In this document: piece by piece, positions 11,713 through 22,531 of the stretch
Numbering within the stretch: the first letter of the stretch is position 1
Layout of the letters: the number at the start of each line of letters is the position of its first letter
From: Penicillus capitatus
Taxonomy: Eukaryota; Plantae; Chlorophyta
DNA length: 64,000 bases
Reading direction: 5' to 3'
Assembly (NCBI GenBank): GCA_965649825.1
Contig: OZ287704.1
Coordinates: 174,101-238,100 of the forward strand
Notes under the pieces: generated by a model
Databases searched by the model: none
Told to the model about the DNA's origin: nothing
Seen by the model: the letters and a program-made list of their open reading frames with translations, nothing else
Position numbers and translations under genes: made by a program

Positions 11713-13592
11713 GCAGTCGACGAGACTCCATTGCGATTTAGATGAGAGACGTTCTGTTTAATATTTAACGCGATTAACAACGCCGCGAACTTCTTCACGT
11801 ATCTCGAATACCGAGTGGTGGTCTGTCTCATTCTCGAAGTTCTCTAATTGCGCAGCGCTATGTTTGCGGACTTCAAAGGGAAAGGAATTGGTAAGACATC
11901 GCAGCTCAGGTCAGCATCCGAGCTGACTCAGACATCAGGTTTCATTACCGAGGCGATAAAGGAAGACGACGCCGGAAACTACGACAAAGCTGTGACGCTG
12001 TATACCAAAGGACTCGACTGTTTTCAAACGCACTTGAAATATGACAAGAATGCAGCATCGAGGAAAGCTATCACAGACAAAGTACGCAGACGCATCTGGC
12101 TCCCTCCTGATGAGCGAACGTTTTAGATCAAAGAATACTTGGAAAGGGCTGAGTATTTGAAAGAGGTGATGAAGAACGGTGTTCCACAAAAGACTGTCAC
12201 CATGGAAGACGGTGCTGGTCAACGTTCTCGACCAACGGGAAAGAAAGAGGGACCTACCGATAGCAAAGATGAGGAGAGAACGCGTTTGGAAAGCGGACTA
12301 TCCAGTGCCATTGTAACGGAGAAGCCAGATGTCAAGGTGCGAGCGACATCAATGGGGTGACCCTTCTGGATGAGAGGTGTCACTGTCAGTGGGACGATGT
12401 TGCTGGTCTGGATAGGGCGAAAGAGGCACTAAAGGAAGCTGTGATCATGCCTGTCAAGTTTCCACAGTTTTTTACAGGTTGACCCGATGGAGTGAGATTC
12501 TCTTTATTTGCATGAAATCTTACAGGGAAGAGAAAACCATGGACTGGAATCTTACTGTATGGACCACCTGGAACAGGAAAGAGTTACCTGGCTAAGGTCG
12601 ATCAGACGTGTTATTGGTGTGAGATCAAATGAATGTATCATAACAGGCTGTCGCAACTGAGGCAGATTCGACATTCTTCAGTGTCGCTGCGTCGGATTTG
12701 GTTTCAAAGTGGATGGGCGAAAGCGAGAAGTTGGTGTCCAGTCTATTTCACATGGCACGAGAAAACACACCCTCCATCGTCTTTTTGGACGAGGTATGGG
12801 CATCTGCATGATCTATTTGACGTATGGGGACTCTGCCGCAGGTGGACTCTTTGTGTAGTGCACGGGGAGATAACGAGAGCGAAGCCGCTCGCAGAATCAA
12901 GACACAGTTTCTGATCGAAATGCAAGCTGTAAAAGATTCAAACGACAGTCGAGTTTTGGTACTCGGAGCGACAAACTTGCCCTATATGCTTGATCAGGCA
13001 GTCCGAAGACGCTTTGACAAGGTATCACATTTACGGCGCAGGTGATTTCTAACAGTCCTCCTGTATTCCATCAGCGTATCTACATTCCGCTTCCCGAGCC
13101 GCACGCCAGAGCCTCCATGTTCAAAATTCATTTGGGGAGCACTCCACATTCACTGAAAGAGGCAGAGTTTCAGTCTCTGGGAGACAGTACCGAAGGCTTC
13201 TCGGGGTCGGATATCTCTGTCCTCGTGAAGGATGTGTTGATGCAGCCCATTCGTTTCCTCCGCGAAGCAACGCACTTCAGACAGGTCTATCTGCTAAAGG
13301 ATCGCTGAGATCTGATCACGCTGTGTGTTTAGATTCCCGCACAGGATGGTCCAAACTACATGCCTTGCCTCCCATCTGCCCCTGGCGCGCGTCCCATGAC
13401 GCTGCAGTACTTCGCCGACAACGACATGGCAGAGAAAGTCGTGCCTCCGCAGATATCGATGGATGATTTTCGAAAGGTCCTCGGTCGAGCAAAACCAACA
13501 GTTGGAAAAGAGGACTTGGCTGTGTTTGAACGTTTTACAGAAGAATTTGGTGAAGAAGGTTAACATATGACTGTTATCTGTATGGATCCACT
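11713..13592 (+). repeat. Segmental duplication, copy A (VPS4 plus upstream region)
   Basis: Direct nucleotide match to about 22483-24287, e.g. TCGACGAGACTCCATTGCGATTTAGATGAGAGACGTTCTGTTTAATATTTAAC at 11717 versus 22487; shared 3' flank TGTATGGATyCACT. Confidence 0.9.
11860..13563 (+). CDS. VPS4: VPS4/SKD1 AAA ATPase (canonical copy)
   Basis: MIT domain ([10 protein letters not shown]...LKYDKN), WDDVAGL, Walker A GPPGTGKS, pore loop SKWMGESE, Walker [31 protein letters not shown]-terminus FTEEFGEEG*; 8 GT-AG introns. Confidence 0.95.
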
Positions 13593-16498
13593 GCATTGTG
13601 CAATCAACGGTGATTCAGTTTCTAGAGAATCCGCTTCAACAATTCTCATAGGACAGGACAATAGTGATACAGGCGTTCGAGAACCTACCAGTGAAATGTG
13701 TCCATCTGCTCAAGGTCTACCGCGACACAGACATGCATTTGTGATGTTTGCTCACCTTCTGGTTGTCAACCAATTAAAGTGACCGATGAACGTTCGAACC
13801 GCGCTTTGTTTGGCGTTTCTTGATAACTGTACTCTTTCGTCAACGACCATCATTTGATCAACGAACATTGATTGTGTATCAATTGGGCAATGCCCTTCGT
13901 TTCTTTGATTTGTTTTGTAGCAGATTCCGTCCAGAACGAAGAGGCTATGTGCAAAACGACGTCGAAAGAAGCTATAGAATCGATACTGATAACAGACAAG
14001 ATCAAGAATTCGCAGGGGTCACTCTGTTTGTTATGTGTTTCTTGCGACGATTTCATCTTTGAACTTGTATGCACTCCTAAAGCAGCTGTCTCGTCTTTCG
14101 TTGACGAAACGAGAAAGTGGAGACACCGTTGGGTGTTCACTTCAGCTGTCGGCTTTCTGTTAGAATCTCAACTCTACAAACGATTGTTATCGAAAATACA
14201 GCAAGCTAGCTGTCATCGTTTGCAGTTTACGCATGTTTTGGGTATCTCGATAAAGATTGAAAAGAAGAGCGTCGTCGAAGTCGTATTAAAAAGGATCGTT
14301 CAACAGCGATTCTTGATTCTCGGATGGGGAAAGAATTGCCATTAGAGGGAGGAGGCCTCTCTTTCGGAGATATTGTTCATTAAATCGCCAGGCCTTCGCA
14401 TTGAAGTATCAACAGAAGACGAGATCGTCATTTCTTTGCCGTCAGATGCAATGCCTTCGTAGTTAGTTAAGTTTACTTTCTCCATCTCCTCCCAATTGTT
14501 GTCTGTCTTCGCTCGTGCTGACGCAGCTGTGAGAGGTAGCTGGTTCCGCCTCGGGTCTTCTGGCGAGGAGTCGCTGCTGGCGTGCCAACCGTCCTTGTGG
14601 CGCCACGACAGCAGAACATCACTGGAACGCATGACGCGAGGTGTGAGTGACGATGCGCTTACATAATGATGTGACTCTCACACTGCTAGGTATTTAAACG
14701 GAACTGCCCTGTTGTGATCGTCCTCTAGCTATGTAAATAGCATTGCCGACGGAGTTCCCTACGCGACTCGCTATCCGGTCCGGACTCGGCCGCCGGGTCG
14801 ACGTTCACAGCAGCCTCATGAATCTCTTCATGGCCTGCCGTTCTTGTCTAGCCAAGCCTTCTCTTCTAAAGCTATAAACTGGGGATGAATGGAGATGGTT
14901 AAGATTAGCATTCGCAAATCGAGAGAGCGAGCATCAGCAAAACCGGATAGAATCAATGTCGGGGTGAGCGCGTACGCACAAAACCAGCAATAGAACATAG
15001 AAGAATATAATCTTCACACTGTGAGATGCATGCCAGCAATTAAAACGATCATAGATGATCCAAATGGTTGGTTTACAAGAGACTTCCCCGGTGAGAACGC
15101 AATCCAGGTTACTTGGATTGTGACGATTTCGTAAAAGTAAATGAAAAGGAGTTTTTAGAAGCTTCACCACTAAATCTATGGGGCGGACAAGATTTTCTGT
15201 TAACTTGATCGTAAGACGATTCTGTCGGTACATGCTCGACCAGAAAACGCGCTAATGTATAGAAAATCCTGTAGCTGGGTGATCTTGGCTTGACAGAGTT
15301 TTGAGGCGTTTCCAAAAACAAGGAAGGCATCGATAGAAAAGAGGGATTCGTCGTTCATCGAGGAGTCTAGGGCTTGAAGGGTTGCGCAAGCATTGATTTG
15401 TCTGATCTGTAGTACCTAATGGCTAAAGAAAGACCTGTCCTCGAAAACAACGATTTTAGGAGCTCTGTGGGTTTTTCTGGGTTCTTGTCAGCTTTGTCAA
15501 GTTTGCGGAGTGTAACCTATTCAACAAAAGTAGACGTCGTTCAACGATCATACGTTCTTTGCTTCATTTTTGTAAGTTGCTCAATGGCTACATGATTCAC
15601 AAGTTAACATAAGAACGGTCACTAGTCGTTTAAATACATTACAAACGTCGGCGCTTTAAGTGCGAGTACAAAAATGCGGCAACTATGAAGTTTGGTTCGC
15701 ACGCAGGACTAAAACGGGATCGTCATACGCTTATGCTGCCTAGCCCAATCTGCAGAATTCTTAAGTACCTTGGCTCTAGTGGGTCGAAATCATAGGAATA
15801 ATTTCAAGGGTTGGTGTCTATTGCGAATGACATGCACGAAATGTAGTGAGCGACATAGTGACGGCGACTATGGTTCTGATTTCTTAAGGTTAAAGATCAT
15901 CTGGAAGCGATCCACCTATCTTCTAAATCGAGTGCGAGTTCGTTGAATGTCAAGGTTTCTAAGAGTTTTGTCCTGTTTGACGTGCATTCGTGCATCATCA
16001 CCTGCAAAAATGGCGAGTGGACGTTCGGAGGGAGGGGAGGCTAAATATGCATCCCGTGTGTCATTGCGATGAAAAACTGACGTGAACGTTACCAGTCCTG
16101 GATGTATACCCGTTGTGAAGAAGGCACAAGTCGGAAAACACAAGTGTGCAGAATGGTGATTGGAATGGTACAGGAGATGGTGTTGCACCGAGGCATGACG
16201 GAGAGATGGATTGGTCAGAGGAACCGTCGCATTTTAAATGGGCTGAAGAACAGTCACGCCGTAGTAACATTCCTTCGCGTTTCGGCTTTCTTTTTTCGGT
16301 GACATCTTGTCGAGTGTTTTTTCCACATGACCCTGTAACATCTTGAACAATCTCACAATTTCTTGCCAGCAATGCTAAGCGAAAGGTTCGCAGCCGCTGT
16401 GGTTAAAGATCGACACCGCAGTGTCATTCACAGTTCAAAACTTGATACAGATGAACATATGGGGTTGTTAATTGCAAGGACTTCAAACTGAGTTTTTT

Positions 16499-18210
16499 CT
16501 AAGTGCTGGAGTTCATCAGAACTTCTTCGATCCATGCCACGGAACTCTTCACGTCTATGAACCTCGATGGCACTTTTTCGCAGTCGGCATCGCTATTCTG
16601 GCTCCCTCCGATGCCAATCAAGACATCATCAGCGGGATCCGTGTTGTCTCCAGTAAACACCAAACCAGTTCCGGTATCTCGGGCACAAAGGGAGGTCCCT
16701 CCTGCTTCATCAATACCACATATCTCGGCAGAAGCGAAGCGCTCAATATCAAATTCAGCTTCGCATTCGTCATGGGAGTAATAGAATGTGTTCCCTGTTT
16801 GGAGCTCATTCGAACACAATGATGCCGTGGTCGTAGGTCCCCAGCCAAAGAGTGTCAATATTTGCTTTTCAGTGCAACAACCAAAATTATCTACAGAACT
16901 CACGCAGAATGTAAGTTCCAACCGTCTCCCGATGCAACAACACGCACCCTCGGTCGGAAGATTGATTGGAGTTGCTGTGGAGGGGGTTTTGAGGACAATG
17001 ATGGCAAGATCGGTCCCATCCTTTAGATCAGGGTGGATGATAACCTTTTCAGCCACGATCCTTTCAGCATCGTCTGCCCTGCCTTTGACGAGGTGTATGT
17101 CGCCGATCAATGAGTGGATCCGATAAGGCTTGCGGATGAATGGCAATAGGTGAGCAGCAGCTGTGAGAACATGTCGAGGGGAAATCAACGCCCCATTGCA
17201 CTGATGGATAAAGCCGCTTGGCCACACAGAAACGGCGTAGGGAAACTCTCCAGGTCCAGCATCTCTTCCACCGATGATGAAAGGCACACTTATGTTTCCG
17301 TTGCTAAAGCCGACCATGGTCTTCAGCTCGTATTCGTTTTTCAATATCCACGGGAGATATGATGACACGTCGATAAAGACAGAGGCATCATCGCTGTCTC
17401 GGAAATCGGCGGATCTTAAGGCCAAGCCCAACAGGACTGGAGGTTTCTGCTGATCCTGCAGGCAGAAGGATGCGCTGCCTCTATCCAGGGAAAGTTGTCC
17501 TTCAGTTGCTGTCGAGCAAAAGAACTCAGCGTCATGGACATCGTTCCTGGATGCACAGAACGTCGCCGTGTGTCTTATCCACACCTAAAACAGCAGAGTT
17601 CGTTTTACCTTGCAGTCTGTCCGGTGCACTCTGCGAGGCTCTTGGCAGATAACTGCTTCAGGGAGACAGTCGCCTTCTCTGATTGATCCGTTGTCTCCGG
17701 AACTGTTGTGACGGCAGCGAGATGTCCACTGATGCAATCGTACGTGCCTTCTAGAGGTAGCACTGCTGGTTGCACCCTGAACGGCATTTCGAGCTCCACG
17801 AAGGCGATGTCGAATTGAAGTGCATGTTCGCCTTCGTTGCGATACTTTTCGTGCACGACGACGTCGACAATACCGACGCTGGACTCCAGGGCGCCGCCGT
17901 CATGGACTGGGAAGTTTGCGACGGAAAGATAACGGTCGAAGCCAGTCACCGTCTTGTCCACACAAGATGCGGTCGTCAAGGCAACGATAGGCGAGACGAG
18001 TGTCCCCAAACAAACGTGCTTGCCGTTTGCGTCCGTCAGTGAGACGTAAGGGAATTTACTGAGATCGATTTCCTGACCCTCGCTGGCTACCTTTGCTGCC
18101 AGACCTTCGGACACCCCGTCCAGCCTGTTCGCGAAAACAGTTGCCGTCCCATCAGCACTTCCGGACGCAAGGAGAAGACAGATGAGAATGACGGCGCGAG
18201 CAGAATGCAT
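16499..18210 (-). CDS. Secreted protein with two tandem trypsin (S1)-fold domains, both apparently non-catalytic
   Basis: Signal peptide MHSARAVILICLLLASGSADG. Domain 1: CLGTLVSPIVALTTASC, DIAFVEL, SLDRGSA. Domain 2: IIGG, CNGALISPRHVLTAAAH, DLAIIVL, CARDTGTGL. Introns of 62 nt and 57 nt join the frames. Confidence 0.85.
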
Positions 18211-18594
18211 GATGCTTCGCCGCCACTATCGCGACCGGTAAGGAACTACAAGACAACTGGAGAGACAAGAGAATGTTTCGTTCTCGATGTCGCCCTCCCG
18301 TAATCGCTCTTCGCACGTGTAGCAGCGGATTACCGAGTCTGTTGCTAAAAAAGGATCTATTTGCTCGCCTTGCCAGACTATTAAAACGCGATGATTTGAC
18401 ATCTGTTCGACACACGGTCGATCCCGGGACTTTCCATATCTGGAACTCTCATCGCTGCAAAGCATCCGACTCCGCTCAGGTAACTGATGCGCGAATGATC
18501 CAGTCCCCCAATCGCGCGACGACAAGAAAACCGTCGATGATTGCCATCGCGTGGACGAGAAAGACGAAGCGACAAGTGATGTGCAAATTTGACC

Positions 18595-20620
18595 TTACTC
18601 TCCCCGATTATCCGACGAGACCACGTCGGAGGTCTCTCGTGACGGATGTGCCGATCGCTGTGCGTCCGGGAGTTTCAGGTCGAGGATCGCAGCCAAACTG
18701 CTGGCAGGACCAGGAGACCCGTGCTGTCCACAGTAAGATTCGAGCACGCTCTCTACGAGATTCTTGTCCAGATCCACTTGACACCACGATTCGGATTCGT
18801 CATTCCTGGAAGTGCCACGCCGAGTGCCGAAGCTCTCCGCGACTTTTGTCGCATTTAGCTCGGATGCCAGCACTGCGTCGTAGGCCTCGTCGAAATCTGA
18901 GTCATCGTCACTGTCTGTCTCTGCCCCCTGAACAGACAGAGAGCGGTCAGCAGGCGATGATACTTGCCGTTTATCGTTTAACCTTTTGGGCGTCTCCATA
19001 CGAGGACGAGTTATCTTCTGTCGTGACGCTCTCTGAAGAGCCGTCGGAGATGTCGTGGCTGGAGAATGAAACGGCATCGTCGTCCAGTCGAGTCACAAGA
19101 TCGTCGCCCAAGGCTTCACTAAGCTCCCTTAGAAATCGACGTGCATCAAGAGTGACACCTTCGCACAGTTAGAATCGCATCCCTAGAAACACGTTGGCCG
19201 GGATCACCTGGCGGCGCTTGTGCCCCTTCGTGCGAGGAGACAGTTTCTACGAACCGATCAAACGAGCGAACGATGTCTTCCGGATCATATTCGACAGGTT
19301 TCTCCCGGAAACTTTTCTGTTCAGTCTCCCGATCCTTGAGATTGCGCTCGAGGTCGCTTGCGCCATCGCGCATCCAACCGTCGTCGTCCTCGGCAAACAG
19401 TCGATGCGTCTCCGAGAACTTTATCGCGGAAATCGACGACTGGAACTCCCAAAACAGACAATCCGTCGACGAGGCGATGGAAACAAAAGTGAACCTCAAG
19501 GACCCGTCTGATTGACTCGGACGACTTGCGATGAGCGATGTTCTCGTCACCAGCATAAGTCTTCCGGGCGAGGAGTTCGACGCCACAGGAGACTTTTACT
19601 CCCAGATCTGCGGCCTTGGCGATCGGTTCCGGGACGTCCGTCAAGGGGTAGTTCTTGGGAGGATGGAATTCTTCCTGCCGTAGCCGGGCATAAGAGCACC
19701 GATGGAACCGCACCATGCACAAGACGAAATCCACAGGCAGGAAGTGGACTGGTCGGGATAAGGCATGCATCTCCGACGTTGCTCTCTGCAGGAAGCTGTC
19801 AACCACTGCAGAGATCGCTTTGGGCTCCTCCACGAGCAATTGCGCTACCTTCACGGGCACGTAACACCTGAGGCATGGACTCGGGTCACAGAAAGGCATG
19901 TGTTGCAGCACCTTGCCCAGTGTTGCGTGCTCGAGACGTCAGAAGGAAATGGAGAGACTCTGTCGGCGATCTTTTTCTGGACGTCCTCAGTGACTGCCGT
20001 TTGCGCGTTAGACCTTAACGCCTCGAGTGCGTCCCGCAGTGTCAAATCTGCCTTAGAAGCGGAATGGCGTCTTGGAATAATGTGCAGCTTTCCTCCGAGT
20101 AGCCAGACTCTAAACGAACGAGAACATCTGCAAGGCTGACGGACAAAAGGGCGAACCTGTTGGCACTCGTCTCTGGCCGGATCCACTTCGGCAGTGAAAA
20201 CGCAGCTTCGATCAGCAAGAACTCGCCGTCCGTGTCCCAGACGTGCGCCACCAGATGCGGCGTTTCCTTCGTCGCTGTTAGCAGAAGAGACACGACGAAC
20301 CACTCCTCGTCGACCGAATCCCCGTAGCGCAGACGTCCCCACAGGCAGTCGACGTCGCTTGACGTCTTCCAGGGCGGCTCAACTGCGCGGGAGTCGAAAA
20401 GGCAAAACGCGTCACACTGCCAGACATAGCCCTCAACGTGCGGGCGAACGGACTCCGTGACACGCTGCATCAAGTCGGTCAGGCAGCCTGAAAGAGAACA
20501 CAACCCCTTCAACGGTGCCCTCAAATGATCAACCTCACCTTGATGCAGGTCGTAGAGGCGGTAGAACATTTCATTGTCTTCCCCGACGCCTTCTCCTTCG
20601 AAGTGCAGAGCTTCATCCAT
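18595..20620 (-). CDS. ECD: Ecdysoneless/SGT1-family protein
   Basis: [61 protein letters not shown], C-terminal DLDKNLVESVLESYCGQHGSPGPASSL; spans ORFs 20042-20671, 19321-19911, 19146-19586 and 18595-19077. Confidence 0.9.
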
Positions 20621-20630
20621 TTCGAAAATA

Positions 20631-22531
20631 ATGACGCAGATCACGGCCGAACGTGTCCACGTGCGGAACACCTTGCCTGGCGACTGCTCGAAAGGAGCGA
20701 TGTCTTGCTTAGGAGGCGTTCGTCAGCGCGGTCGGTGCCGAAGACTTCGAGCCCGAGAAAAGTGCTGTACTGGCGCTGTCTCAATGCCTCTTCCCGGACA
20801 GCCCCCGACCGAAGGTTTCCTCCAGTCGAACGCCTCGCTCGATTTTCGGCGTCTCCGCAGGTGGTCTCCCCTACTGATGTCTCCCAGGAGCAACGACTGG
20901 CCGTGGAACAGTGCATCCAGCAGTTGGTGCTGTCCCTCGGATGTGAGGCCGAGGCGTCCCAGCAACGGGCCCTCGATCACGTCGATCCTTTGTCAGCACC
21001 GCATCCGGTTCTTCCGCGCCTCTTCGACATGGTCCTGTCCCTCGGAGACGCGCATCTCCTCGAGCCGGGTGAGTGCGCCCCTCTTGTCATGACTCTTGAT
21101 CCAGACTGTCTCCAGGGATTATTTTCACTCTGATCGAGCGCCTGGTGGAGATGACGTTTGACCCAGAAGAGTGTCACGCCCTGATCGACTGGATCCTGCG
21201 CAACAAGGGAACCCTTAAGCATCCGCACATCTTCGAACGTGGAAAGCTTATCCTGTTGAGGACAGTCAACCGGATGCTCAAGATCCTGCAGAGGGGAGAA
21301 GACCATGCATACCACGCCGGCAGGCTGCTGTTCTTTATGTCCGAGCTGTATCCCATGGCGGAGCGCTCGGCCACCAACCACTCTGGCTTGCGAGACCAAT
21401 CGCATCCCGTCAAGATACAACAATGGAACGGTCCTCTGCACGATGACTTCGGCCATCCGATCGAGAAGGCCGATTACGATCTATACTGGAGGACGGTGGA
21501 ACACATTCAGGTGTGGTCGTTATCCTGCGTCGATTTCTGCCGTTCAAATAAGGTTGCAGAGGACTCCGGCGTCGGAGAGCGATGTTATGCGTGCGCTGGA
21601 CTTGGCGCAACGTCTGCTCGACTTCTTCAAGAGCCATCCGTGTCACCGGGAAGACTCACCCCACTTAGCGAGGACAAACGTGGCACTCGTCAACGACACG
21701 ACGCCCGAGCAGTTCGGCGACATCATTCGTCAGCATCGGTGTGGTAGGCGTGACGTTTAAGGGGTATGGTTGTAGGTGACCCGGACCAACGCATGGAGTG
21801 CGTCGTCCAAATGTACTTCTTCGTGCAGCGGCTGCTGGCCGCGTCCAAGAATCCGGTCGTCACAACAGACGCCGCTCGAGAGCGCCTGGCTCAGATGCTG
21901 TCGGACTTAGAGCACTACGCCAAGGGAGATCACGATCTCCGTCAGAGATGGGGACCTATCCATGAGGTCCTGGTGCAAGAGCCTCGGTGGATCGAGTGGA
22001 AGAACGACGGGGCGGGGGACTGGACGCTTCCGCCTGTCGCGGAGCACCCGTGGATGGATCCGTTCCGCGGGGAGATGGACGAACTGGAGATCTCCCAGAT
22101 ACTCGCTTGCCTGAAGGAAGACGACGTCGACGCAGCCATGGATGTCCCGGCGGAGGACGACGCCTCGTGGGATATGAAAGTGTCGGAGGGGCTCCACATC
22201 GACTTCGACCGCGACCTCGGACAGCCGGACCTCGCCGAGCTGCACGTCCCCACCGCCAAGGTTACTCCGTCCCTGCGTCGCGGATGACGCGACGTTTCCT
22301 GTCGGTCAGGAGTTCCTCGAAGGCGCCGCAATTGGAGGTGAAGAAGAAGACGACGAGGCGGCTATGGATCTCGTCGAGTCCGACAACGCGTTCTGCTGGC
22401 GCACCTACCGTCTGCTGTCCGAGCTCGACATCCAACACATGAACGAGGGAGAGCGTCGTACGACGAAGTTTCGTGATTTGTTGCACTCGACGAAACTACA
22501 TTGCGATTTAGATGAGAGACGTTCTGTTTAA
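20631..22531 (+). CDS. THOC1: THO complex subunit 1 (Hpr1)-like
   Basis: GKLILLRTVNRMLKIL, GRLLFFMSELYPMAERSATN, EPRWIEWKNDG, FCWRTYRLL. Hand model begins ATG 20631 with a 52-nt intron at 20661-20712; stop TAA at 22529-22531. The exact first exon is less certain than the family call. Confidence 0.85.

Noticed and set aside
13700-14670. Overlapping ORFs 13872-14345 (+), 13850-14140 (-) and 14342-14632 (-) as a gene or pseudogene
   Set aside because: Three frames look equally plausible, none shows the codon-bias signature or a recognisable motif, and no splice model resolves them.
15255-15310. Kinase-like KIL*LGDLGLTEF (DFG/DLG motif)
   Set aside because: No HRD, VAIK or APE motifs at suitable spacing, and stops on both sides; likely chance.
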